Shown: positions 38,374-49,782 of the stretch, piece by piece
Layout: every line of letters starts with the position of its first letter
Numbering within the stretch: position 1 is the stretch's first letter
NCBI GenBank assembly: GCA_044892505.1
Contig: CM097882.1
Location: forward strand, 124,558,001-124,622,000
DNA length: 64,000 bases
Origin: Schmidtea nova
Lineage: Eukaryota
Reading direction: 5' to 3'
Notes under the pieces: model-generated
The model's database searches: none
Seen by the model: only the letters and a program-made list of their open reading frames with translations
What the model was told of the DNA's origin: nothing
Position numbers and translations under genes: made by a program

Positions 38374-41300
38374 CTAAAACCATACATTCATAACACATTC
38401 AAGTCACCATCTAACATTATAATTTAATTTTAAATATTCATTTTAAATTAATAAGATAAAATGATTTTATCGGTAAACTTTTATTGATTTTTCACAATCA
38501 CTTATTATACATAAAATTTATCTCAAAACACAGGGATTTTTACACATTCATTATTAATTACAAGTTTATACTCAAGTATACCATCACATACTCAATTTAG
38601 GAATCGAAAAATCTCTGATCCATCACATAATTCGGGGTATTTTATTTCTATTGTTTTTGACGAAACTGCTATTAATTTAGTGATGATTTCAATTTCCTAT
38701 ATTTTTGTTTTAATGAATTTGACTGAATTCCACTTATCTCCTAATGTCTATCTTGCTTTATAGGTTTAATTATATTTTTATTAAAATTTGATCATTTTAA
38801 CATTTGAATTCTCGCCGAGGCCTTAACGATGGCAACAAGTAATTACATAATTTGTTAAGAACATTATATTAAAAAAAATATTAAGATTTTTTACAGATTT
38901 TTTGTCAACATTTAGCATTCTAAATTATATCTCACCTATAGAATAAAAATCCCTACCTCTTCCCGTCAAAGATATCCATGTTCCCCCGATTTAAAGAAAT
39001 TCTATATAGACGGGTAAGCAAAATTCCTTGATTTCTATAGGGTAATTTCTATTATAACAATTTAAATTCTATATAATAACTATTGATTTTAGATAGTTCT
39101 TTTTAGTAAGAAGATTTCCCTCAATTTTGATTCTCAAGCTGGTAAGTCACATTTAAATTATTATGTTTATAATTACAGTTTTCTCCTTTTAGCGACTCAA
39201 ATCTCCTGAGGTGGAGGATCACTTCTCCACAGGACGGTAGCGAACGTTAATATAAATCACTGCTCCTACATATCAGAAGATAAAAGAAGAAAAAGAAATT
39301 GTATAATGTTTTCCGAACTAAAGTAATTTCAATATTAATTCATTTTATTTAATGACATAATTTTGATCTTTCAGCCTAACCTGTTATGAAGTTTTACCAC
39401 AATTGCTGGATTACATTTGGAGATTTTTCATGCAACTTTTCGCTTTGGATTTAAATCTACCCTTGCTGTTAAATTATCTAACACGGTTAGTTACCTAATT
39501 ATTTTTATCGATTTGTCCTAACTTCGCTTTGGATTAACTTAACACAGATTCCTATGATTTTTCTATTGAAATTGTGTATAATCTTTTTTTAAAATAAAGT
39601 TTCTTTAATGTCTTTTATTTTATTGTTATCATTATTAGTATTAATCTATGATTTTATTATGAATCGGTTGTGTCATCTTTCAACGGTGCAACACAAAGCA
39701 TATTTTTAACCCAATAAAGATTGCTATTAGGTATGGATACAAATCGTTAGCAGGTTAACAAATGAATGGGACATAGATTTCATATGCCGTTGACTTACAA
39801 TGTGAGTTCTTGATTTACAGATTATCCGGGGTTTTCTTTGGGACTAAATAAAGTTCAATTTGCTGTATTTTCGTTTTTTTTCTTTCGATGAAACTTATTA
39901 CAACAAAATATGTAATACTCATATGTGCTCCCTCGACTAAACATTTTTGGTTTCCTACTGATTAGTAGTGTATTATGATTACTGAATAGTTTGAACCATG
40001 CTTCGAATACTAGGTAACGTTCGTGGTCAATTTTGGGGGAGGTAATTCTGGTTTCGGAGTTTATTTGAGAGCTTTTATGGGTCAATTATTATCTCAAGGG
40101 TCTTTGTTGGGTTAGCTGGGTTACTAATGGGTACATATCAAAGCCAATTGTGTCGAAGTAAATTTTAATCAAATTTGCATGGATGTGGGGCGTGTTGTGG
40201 TTCGGTGAGGTAAATTGAAATAAGTTCAGAGGTGTGTGTATGTATACTCTATCGTATGTTTGAAATAAATGCCCTATTGTTATGATTCTATGTGGTTGCG
40301 TGTGTTTGTATGTTGGGAATGATACTGTGGTAATAGGCTATAAACAATGGATGGGATTATATGAATATTTGTGGGGATCGTCTGGATGTATGTTGCCAGT
40401 GGATATTGTGAGATGAAATCATGTTGTGTATGTTGGTGAGTGGATGTATTGTTTATTGTATTATTTAGCATAGAAGATCCTATTGATTGAAATGTGGAAG
40501 TGTGTGTGTGTGTGTGTTGGTAACTGATTGTATTTTCGATTGGTAATTTTTAGGGGGTTCGATAAATTTTTGATTTACAAACTCTTAGGAAAATTTTTGG
40601 TTTACAATTTTTCATTATAATTTTTGCTATATAATAAAAAGTAAATTTTTATTTTTTATGATCAAAAACGAAATCGACATAATAATAAATTTTTATCCAC
40701 AAATTTCGAAATCCAAATAAGAATTCAATCTAAAAATCTTTGTATACTAAATAAAATTGAGAGTAAAATAAATTATAAATTCTTCAAAGAATATTTTTCG
40801 ACATCGAGCAAAGTGAATTTCGGTTTCGTTCAAGCATGAATTTCCCAACCAAAGTGCGCGCAAAATTTTCGAGACACTTCACTTAGGAACTTCAGGCTCC
40901 CAAAAACAAGGTTCACTAGAGAAAATTATTTAGATAATGAATGAGGTTTAATTCAGATCAATCAATACTTGTCTTCATAATTCGTTTCATTTCGTGATCA
41001 TTATATCAGCTTTGAGCATTATTTCAAACGATTCTCTTTTCAATATTAGCTTTTTATTCTACTTGTGATTTTCGGATAAGATGGTAATTGTTGTGCGAGT
41101 GAAGGCGAATGACGAGTAGAATATTCTTGTACAATTAAATTATATAATGGAAAAGACATTTCTGGATAAATTGATATTTACGTTTTTATGAAGTGATGGG
41201 TTTTAAGTGCTCATTATGTTAAAATTATAATTCAAATAAAATACACTATTATAAATTATAGATCATTAATATAACACCTTGCATTTGGCCAAGCCACTGT

Positions 41301-41920
41301 TCCCCAGTTGGGATGAAGTGATCATGGATGTTTGGGCGTATCACCTGAATTCGGAAATATGAGCTGATCGATTACGAATCGAACCAGCGATCCGCTCAGG
41401 CTACTTCCACCCGCTCGGCACAAGGCCAGAAACAGGTTGCAGGGGGTATGGAAGCACACACAAAAACAAATTAATTATTTTTATCTTTATGCAATAAATA
41501 TTATTTAAAATAAATTGTAGTCTAATATGGGGATTTGTGACAGTATCTTAATAGAGTATTAATTCAATAGAATAATTAATTCAACATATAAAATTAATAT
41601 TTTCATATAAATTTTAGTCATAAATTATGAATCAATAATAAATAAATAAGTAAATATAAAAATAACCAAGTTACTGGGCATGAGATGATCAACGGGCATA
41701 ACGATTGATGATCTCATCCCCAAAAATAAAAACAACTCCTTACATTAATGTTCCACGATGTGGGATAATAAATCAGGACCAAGTAGTATCTTTCTTCTGA
41801 AATGTATAGATTCTTCGGAGTTGATTTAATTTTTCCGGAGTGATTTATTTCTCTGGAACTGACCAAATTTTCTAGATAGTTAAACTCTTCAATTCTGTAA
41901 ACTCAAAAAATTCTGCCAAA

Positions 41921-42005
41921 TTCTCACCAAATTTCTTACCAAATTCTCACAAATTCTCACAAATTCTCACAAATTCTCACAAATTCTCACAAATTCTCAC
42001 AAATT
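41921..42005. repeat. 10-bp tandem repeat (AAATTCTCAC)n
   Basis: About 8 copies. Confidence 0.9.
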
Positions 42006-42862
42006 CTGATTATTGCCATTTTGAAGGCGGTATATATACCATCGCTTGTGTGTTACCTTCACTAATGCAGTAAAACAAATTATTCTAGAATGTTCTTTTT
42101 AATTTTTCTAAATTAATTTTAATAATTTTCCGCTGAATTAAATCAATATTTTTACGTAATAATTTTTTATAAACCATAAATAATTTATTTTAATTCAAAA
42201 TTTTTATTTTTGAATCAAAATTTATTCAATTTGATTTAATTTGCTATCTTTCGATCAAAATTAGTTCTTTTTATCTTTAATGTGAAATTTTGTTCTAAAA
42301 TCACAATTTTCTTTTAAAATTTTGTTAATTTTTCTGCACTGAAGGTTCATGAGTAAATTCTGTTCTTTATGGGCATCTCCAATGGGTTTTCCGCCTATTC
42401 TAACTTTCAAACGTTCTTCTTTTGACGATTTTTAATTTTTCTCGAGATTTCAGTGTAAGGACTAGCAAAGTCACAGCTAGCGCGTACTTTACTGGTTTAT
42501 GTGTTTGCGTCCACTTCACCTTTTTGGTGTTTCTCGCTTAATCACTTTGGTTTTTAATGAATGTTTGGGTTAAAATTGAATCTTGCCCGCTCTCTACTTA
42601 TGGGGTTATTGCTTCATTAAAACAATTTGCAGTTTTTGCCCAACAATCGTTCAAACTTTAAGAATTCTATTACTACGTTAACCTTGACATCTTCACGATA
42701 CCTGACTGTCTTCATTTGTGTAATCGTCACTACTTATTGACAATTATGTTGGTAATGTACACAATGAGAACCAATGAGCAGGTGAGCGTCGTTACCACAA
42801 ACAACTCAATGCTTTCGAGAATAAGACTACCGATGGAAATTCTTACGCACACGATTACTTTA

Positions 42863-43466
42863 TCGTTTTTTTGTTTGTTTCCTTTTAATTTAGTTGGTTT
42901 AAGTATTTCTGTAAATATTCCTCTAATCTTTTCTATTGTTGGTTTACTGTCGTTTCTGTAGGATTTAGTTTTTTTTTGATTTCAATGGGTTGATAATTTG
43001 TTTTTGTATCTTCGTGATTTTTATAATTTTTTTCTTTAATTCTTTTTTCTATTTGTCTTGGTTAATTGTCACTTTAATAATTCGTTAATTACTAATTTTC
43101 ATTTTTTTAAAATCCATTTTCTTTATTTGTTTCTTTAGTTTCCAATTCCAATGTCTATTCCTTTTTACGTCTCTATCTTTATTTTCTTTAGCGATTTAAA
43201 TTTTAATTCCTTAGTAATATTTTTGTCGATTTCTGAGATTGATTTTTTAAATTCCGATTTATAATTTTCTTAATAATAATAATTTTTATAAAATTCACCA
43301 CCATTGGGTCATTATAGAAATTAGACATAGCGGGGGGGAGTTATACGGTGTCCGCAAGGACACCTACCATAATCAAAGCAGTAACAATAATAATAATAAT
43401 AACAACAATAAAGATAATAACAATAATAAAAATGACTATGATAAAAATATACAGCATTATTATAAC
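42863..43466 (-). repeat. 3' LTR (truncated) of the Gypsy element split by the Polinton
   Basis: Highly similar to 61655-62165; PPT-like AAAGGGGAAG abuts it on the minus strand. Confidence 0.8.
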
Positions 43467-44606
43467 TTCCCCTTTAAAACCGGAGGTTACATATTTACAA
43501 AAATAACGTGTTCTGTACATATTTAAATTCTGTTTTGTGTTTGTGTACTGTCTTTAATAACTTACAATAAAAAATAAAATTATTTAACGATCTTATGTTT
43601 GCTTGCTATGTAGTGTTGTGTTGTTTGAGGCATTGGATGTATAGCTTTTCATATGGGTGATAATCGCGTTTTTGTCAAATTCTTTTATTGCGTTTCTGCT
43701 GTTGAATGTTATATGCTTTTTCTTTGTTGGTGTTTCGTTGTGTGAAGGGTTGCATGGAGGGTTGCATGGAAGTTGTTGATTGTGGTAATATGGTTTTGTT
43801 CAACGTATATTTATTTTTATTTTGTTGTTGTTCTTTATTATTGTGGCCATGTTTTTGTTGATTTCGAATATTTTGAATGGGTTTTCGTATGCGTCTTCGG
43901 AACCTTTTGTGGATGACTTCTTTACTAGTAAATAATCGGTTGTTAGTATTATCTTGCCATCGTTCCCTGAGTTTGTTCTCTTTTTAAGTATTCCTGTTAA
44001 TTTGTTTTCGATGTTTTTAATGTTCTCACTATTTTTAGTTGTTATTTGTTTATTTATTTCTTCGTTGTTTTTTATATTTGCTTTCTCGTCGAAAGTTACC
44101 GGTGCGATAAGTTTGTCGACTTTTTCCAGTAGGGTATTTATTTCTGGGCCATCAGTTTTTGTTTTGATTTGTTGTTTGTTGGACCCATTTGGATAACGCC
44201 AATGTCTATTTTTGAATTGGTTGTCGCCATGGTTTCGACAGTTTCTTTGTTTGTGTTTGTGTTTTCCGTTAGTGTTTTATTTCGGCAGTCTATTGTGAGG
44301 TTGTAGTGTGCCAGAAAGTGAGATCCTATTATTGATTGTTGAACATCGGCGATTATGAATATCCAGCTGTATTTCTTTGAATTAATTGTTAAGGTTAGGG
44401 TGTGTTCACCAAATGTTTTATATTTGTGCCATTGGCTGCGGTTAAATGTTTTTCTGCGTTTTTTGAGTTTTTGTGCAGGTAATGGGGTAGTAAGGAGATC
44501 AAAGAACCTGTGTCAATTAGAAATTCTGTGTTGTTTGAGTGCACCATGAATGTATTGTTTTTGTCACCAAATGTAGTTGCTATTATCGGTGACATTTTTA
44601 GTTTCC

Positions 44607-45413
44607 CTATTCCGTTTTATGGAAGTTGCAGGGCTTAGTGCATTTAAAAGCCTTTTCACCAAATTTGTATTGAAAATAGCAATGATTTTCATTTATTAAA
44701 TTGTTTCTCGCTTGTTTTTCTGGACTTTTGTCTCGATAATTATTGTATCTGTTTAGCGAGTTTGACCTGTTTATGTTGTATTGATTTGGTGAATGGTCTC
44801 TGTTGTAGTTTTGTCTGTTGTATCTTTCAGGAATTGAATTTGAATTGTTATTTTGCCTGTAGCATTTTTCTTTAATTTCGGCCAGTTCCGCTTTAATTTG
44901 TTTGTTTTCGACTATGATTTCATCAAATTTGCCTATTAGGGTGTTTAATAGTTTGTTCATGGTTTCATTTGTTTCGCTATATTTGTTGTTTGGTTGATTA
45001 TTGTAGTTTGTTTCGTTTTTGTTGTAGTTTTGGGTGCTGCAAGTAGTCGGATAAATTTCTTCGTTGATTTTATCCGCTATGTCAGCGAGTGTTTCGACAT
45101 CGGCGTTTTTGCTGGCAGCAAGGATCCGCCTGATTTCTGGTGGCATTGATCTCAAAAAGAATTTTTTAACTAGTTCATTTGAACCTGAGTTTGTGATATT
45201 TGGTTGCAAATATTCTTGTTTTTGTTTTAATTGTCTGAGGAAATCGGTGGGTTTATTGTCACCTAAGTGAGTGTTGTTGAGGCAAGATTCGAGCATTTGC
45301 CGTCTGTTTATTTTATTTTTGTTCGTCAGGATGTTGCACAGTTTGTTAAAGGGGTCGTCATCCTTAGAAATTTCTTCTATTTGGTCCGTAATTTCATTTA
45401 ATTTGTTACTGGA
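44607..45413 (-). pseudogene. gag: Gypsy gag, 3' part (continues from 61138-60846)
   Basis: Removing the Polinton and one TSD copy gives ...CSNIIAALSSNKLNEITDQIEE...; C-terminal CYFQYKFGEKAFKCTKPC motif. Confidence 0.85.
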
Positions 45414-45469
45414 AGTAGAGTAGGGGGAGCGCCCAAGAACAGGAACAGACCCCCCTCCCCCCAAAAAAA

Positions 45470-46268
45470 TTTTTTTTGTTTAAATGAAGTGAATTTTTTA
45501 AATTTTTTATTTTGTTTAAATGAAGTGAATTTTTGAATTTTATTTTTTTTGTTTAAATGAAGTCAATTTAATTTATTATTTTGTTTAAATGAAGTATTTA
45601 TTTTATTTTTATTTATTTATTTTTATTTATTTTTATTTATTTTTAATTTATTTTTAATTTATTTTAATTTATTTTAATTTATATTTATTTTTAATAATTT
45701 ATTTTTAGTTTATTTTTAATAATTTATTTTTATTAATTTATTTTTATTTATTTTTAGTTTATTTTTATTTATTTTTATTTTATTTTTATTTATATTTAAT
45801 AATTTATTTTAATAATTTATTTTAATAATTTATTTTTAATTTATTTTTAATTTGTTTTTAATAATTTATTTTTATATTTATTTTTAATTTAATTTTTAAT
45901 TTATATTTATTTATTTTAATTTATATTTAATAATTTATATTTAATAATTTATATTTATTTTTAATTTATTTAAATTTAAATTTATTTTTATATTTTCGGT
46001 TCAGTTTGAATAATAATAATTATNNNNNNNNNNNNNNNNNNNNNNNNNNNNNNNNNNNNNNNNNNNNNNNNNNNNNNNNNNNNNNNNNNNNNNNNNNNNN
46101 NNNNNNNNNNNNNNNNNNNNNNNNNNNNNNNNNNNNNNNNNNNNNNNNNNNNNNNNNNNNNNNNNNNNNNNNNNNNNNNNNNNNNNNNNNNNNNNNNNNN
46201 NNNNNNNNNNNNNNNNNNNNNNNNNNNNNNNNNNNNNNNNNNNNNNNNNNACTTAGAAAAATTTTTAA

Positions 46269-46313
<45 letters not shown>

Positions 46314-46480
46314 TATTATTATTATTAACTTAGAAAAAACTTTGAAAAATTTTTAAAATAATAATAATAAACTTTGAAAAAACTTAGAAAAATAATAATA
46401 ACTTAGAAAAAACTTTGAAAAATTATGAAATAAAGAACAACTAAATCACAAAACTTTGAAAAATTATGAAATAAAGAACA
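45470..46480. repeat. Left subterminal region: 4x TTTGTTTAAATGAAGT, an almost pure A/T tract, an N gap, (AAT)n and short repeats
   Basis: Seen directly in the sequence. Confidence 0.85.
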
Positions 46481-46499
46481 ACTAAATCACAAAACTTTA

Positions 46500-46885
46500 T
46501 TATAAATTATAAATGTCGTTATAATATGCTTTACGCATTTCTGACATTAAGATATGCACCGAATGATCTCTTTTAAAATCGTGACAGCATGCACATCCGT
46601 TTACACAGGATACTCTTAGTGAATCATTGCAAACTATGCAATTTTCAACGCACTTGACTCCAGCTCCTAGCACCATATCATAGTGAATCTCAAGTAATTG
46701 TTCGATATTGATCCCAGTAAGCTTGTATAGCTTATGAACCAATAACTCTGGTGCACAGTAATCCAAAGAATCTTTTATTTTTGGATATAATTCTTGAATT
46801 TTCTTCAGGATCACTTCAAATAAATAAGCTAAATAAAAAATATTAATAATATAGTTAATTAAAAATAATACTTACTTTTAGACAT
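46500..46885 (-). CDS. Cys/His-rich protein (112 aa), two exons (46885-46876, 46828-46500)
   Basis: ATG TCT AAA A|GTAAGT...TTTAG|CT TAT supplies an ATG and keeps the frame; CxxxCxxC...CxxxCxCCH...H..H. Confidence 0.75.
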
Positions 46886-46920
46886 TTTCAAAAATATGGA
46901 TTTGTAAAATAACAATGTAT

Positions 46921-47403
46921 TTAAACAAAATTAAATAATAAATCGAGATATTTTTCATCAATTAAATCATTATTGATTAATGAATTAATATAATTTTTAA
47001 TTTCATTTACTTGATTAAAATAATCCAATGTTTTAATTCCTAATATTACAACTTTTCCACTTGAAAAAATATTAATACAAATTGGGTTATAATTTATTAA
47101 TCTCAAAGCTGGAAATATTTTGGGTTCGTACCAGCACTCTGTTTTATTTTGCAATTCGTATAAATTTATGGATTTACCCATATCCAGTGTTATAGTGATC
47201 GATTGAATTTTTAAATCGGAAATTTTATATTTCAAATCATCTGGTTTTAACGGTTGCTTACATCCCATTACGCGACATTTTCCCGATCTGAAAAATAAAA
47301 TAGGGTACTTCCCGCTCCTATCTATAACTTGCTGAGGTTTCCCAACAGGAAATATCATGTTTGGAACTAAACACTTGCCCTTATAATTAATGTTACTTAT
47401 CAT
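46921..47403 (-). CDS. TATA-binding protein (TBP)-like protein, viral
   Basis: Two TBP-type repeats: ILFFRSGKCRVMGCK and DLKIQSIT...YEPKIFPALRL...INIFSSGKVVILGIK, versus TBP LIFSSGKMVCTGAK and DFKIQN...YEPELFPGL...LIFVSGKVVLTGAK. Confidence 0.85.
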   Translation of the reverse strand: MISNINYKGKCLVPNMIFPVGKPQQVIDRSGKYPILFFRSGKCRVMGCKQPLKPDDLKYKISDLKIQSITITLDMGKSINLYELQNKTECWYEPKIFPALRLINYNPICINIFSSGKVVILGIKTLDYFNQVNEIKNYINSLINNDLIDEKYLDLLFNFV

Positions 47404-47459
47404 TTTTATAAATTGAATAAATATAAACAATATTAAATTAATTAATTAATTAAATAAAA

Positions 47460-48083
47460 ATGGAATTAAGAAATGATGCAGTTTATCAAATAGTGGGCCC
47501 GAGTGGTAGTGGAAAAACATTATTTGTATGTAAATTGTTGCAATCAAAAATGTTTAAATCTAAATTCAATAAAATTTACTGGCATAGAGGAGCTGATGAA
47601 GAACATGGACTGACTCAAGATCAATTCTATAAATTAAAAATGACAATTATAAAAGGGTTTGATAAAAACTGGTCATCTAGATTACGACAAGGCGATGTTA
47701 TAATTATCGATGATTTGTACCAAGAAGCAAATAAAGAAAAAGATTTTAATAATTTATTCACAAAAATTAGTAGACATTTAGGAGTTACTGTAGTTTTCAT
47801 TACTCAAAATTTATTTCATCAAGGTGGTAGTCACAGAACTCGTAATTTAAATGTTCAATACTTGGTTATATTCAAAAACCCAAGAGATGCTACAATTATT
47901 GATTTTCTAGCAAGACAAGCTTACCCTAATGATCGGAAATTCTTAATTAATTCATTTCAAGATGCTACTAAAGTTCCTCATGGATATTTATTCTTTGATT
48001 TTACTCAACAATGTCCTGACGATTTACGTATCCGAACGGATATATTTAACGAAAAAGGAGTCACGGTTTATAAACAAAATTGA
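47460..48083 (+). CDS. A32/FtsK-like genome packaging ATPase
   Basis: Walker A GPSGSGKT, Walker B VIIIDD, ISRHLGVTVVFITQNLF. Confidence 0.93.
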   Translation: MELRNDAVYQIVGPSGSGKTLFVCKLLQSKMFKSKFNKIYWHRGADEEHGLTQDQFYKLKMTIIKGFDKNWSSRLRQGDVIIIDDLYQEANKEKDFNNLFTKISRHLGVTVVFITQNLFHQGGSHRTRNLNVQYLVIFKNPRDATIIDFLARQAYPNDRKFLINSFQDATKVPHGYLFFDFTQQCPDDLRIRTDIFNEKGVTVYKQN

Positions 48084-48104
48084 AAACAAATAAATGAAAT
48101 AATA

Positions 48105-48266
48105 ATGTCATTTAAAAAAGTAATTGTCAAGTTAAATAAAGAAGCTGTTCAAAAAGCTGATCAAAAACTACTTAAAAAAGTTGATCAAAAATCTAAATTA
48201 GTTAAAAAAGTTGTCAAAAAGGTTGGTAAAAAAAAGAAACAAGTAAAGAAGTGGATAAAATTATAA
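48105..48266 (+). CDS. 53-aa lysine-rich small protein (candidate DNA-condensing core protein)
   Basis: MSFKKVIVKLNKEAVQKADQKLLKKVDQKSKLVKKVVKKVGKKKKQVKKWIKL; 21 of 53 residues are Lys; fills the gap in a compact gene cluster. Confidence 0.7.
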   Translation: MSFKKVIVKLNKEAVQKADQKLLKKVDQKSKLVKKVVKKVGKKKKQVKKWIKL

Positions 48267-48296
48267 ACGAAATAAATATATACAAAAATCTTAATC

Positions 48297-48626
48297 ATGA
48301 AATTTGAACGTAGTTTACCGTATTTTAATGCTTTGGTTAAAGCTCCAACAAATAAGCGAATGATAATTTTACAAGCTTTCCCACCCTTTGTTATTGATGA
48401 TTTACTTGAAATCGTTTTTAATATTGTTCATGGTAATGTAAATATTAGTAGATCAAAGAAAATTGAACTACAAAAACATAAAAATTCACTTTTTTCATTA
48501 GTAAATACCAAAAATAGAAATCTTATGCGAAAAATAATATATAAACAAAAGGGTGGGTTTCTCGGTACATTAATTCCAATAGTATTATCAGCAATAAGCG
48601 CAATCTCATCTTTAAGAAATGGGTAA
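48297..48626 (+). CDS. Conserved small Polinton protein with an adenovirus pX-like C-terminus
   Basis: EIVFNIVHGNV core and QKGG|FLGTLIPIVLSAISAI, resembling adenovirus pX MRGG|ILPLLIPLIAAAIGAV. Confidence 0.7.
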   Translation: MKFERSLPYFNALVKAPTNKRMIILQAFPPFVIDDLLEIVFNIVHGNVNISRSKKIELQKHKNSLFSLVNTKNRNLMRKIIYKQKGGFLGTLIPIVLSAISAISSLRNG

Positions 48627-48688
48627 TAAAATTTCTGAACCGAATAAACATAATATAGATTTAAATATTTTAACAAATTGTTGTATTA

Positions 48689-49777
48689 ATGAAGAAAATC
48701 ATGAAGAATATAAAAACGATATGGACAAACCCAAAAGATCCCGATGGTTTTGGTTCAGTCAAAAAATTGGTAAAAAGAATAAAAAGTTCAAAGAATGAAA
48801 CTCAGAAATGGTTATCTGATCAATTGGCATATAGTTTAAATAAACCAATGTTGAAAAGATTTCCTACACGGAAATATAAAACTTTTGGGGGTAACGATTT
48901 ATGGTAAATGGATTTGATGGAAATGATTCCTTATTCTAAAATTAACAAGGGTTACAAATATATTTTGACTTGTATTGATGTTTTTAGCCGTTATGCACGA
49001 GCTATTCCAACAAAAACTAAATCTGCTAATGAAATGGCTGAGACTATTGAATCTTTATTTAAAGATGGGAAGCCACGTAATTTACAAACTGATTTGGGTA
49101 AGAAATGAAATTAAATTATTTAATTATTTATTTTTAATTTAGGAAAAGAGTTTTATAACAGCAAAGTAAAAGAAGTGATCAAAGGAATCAATCATTATTC
49201 TGTATTTTCTCAATTCAAAGCTGCTCATGTTGAAAGATTAATTCGTACTTTAAGAGATCGTTTGAAAAAGTATTTTGTGTATCAAGGTAACAAAACATGG
49301 ATAAGTGTTTTACCGAAAATTATTTTCAGTTACAATCGTTCACCGCATTCGGGATTAAATAAAATGAAACCTATCGATGTATATTCAAATAATAATTTTG
49401 ACGGATGGATAAAAGATAGATTAAAATCAATTAATAAAAAACCGAAATATAAAGTAGGTGATTATGTGAGAATGAGTAAAATCAGTGCTTCTCTCTTCAT
49501 CAAAAATTTTGATAGTAATATGAGTGATGAAGTATATCAAATCTCAAATGTTGATACTAATCAAAATCCTGTCATGTATACTATTTCCGATCATGAAAAC
49601 AATGTAATCGAAGGGAAATTCTACGAACAAGAACTTCAAGTTATTCCAGCTCCCACAGTTTTTAGAATTCAAAAGATTTTAAAAACCAAAACTGATGGGA
49701 AATATAAACAATATTACGTTAAATGGCATGGCTATGAAACTCCAAGTTGGATATCTGAAAAACAATTGATTAAATAA
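48689..49777 (+). pseudogene. int: Retroviral-type (rve) integrase with C-terminal chromodomain; one intron (49098-49142) and one premature TAA (48905-48907)
   Basis: DDE motifs W*MDLM, LQTDLG|KEF and HVERLIRTL; chromodomain YYVKWHGY...SWI; splicing GTAAG...TTTAG restores DLGKEFYN. Confidence 0.92.
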
Positions 49778-49782
49778 ATATT

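Larger units (their letters stand above)
42863..45413 (-). mobile_element. Left (3') half of a non-autonomous Gypsy element: gag C-terminal part, retropepsin, integrase C-terminal remnant; RT, RNase H and IN core not found
   Basis: gag 45413-44607, protease FLIDTGSLIS at 44395-44595, then a jump to YENPFKIFEINKN...KPY. Confidence 0.8.

Noticed and set aside
45414-45464. ORF-track start MGGGGSVPVLGRSPYST for the 285-aa gag
   Set aside because: These residues are translated from the Polinton terminus; the true gag 5' part is at 61138-60846.
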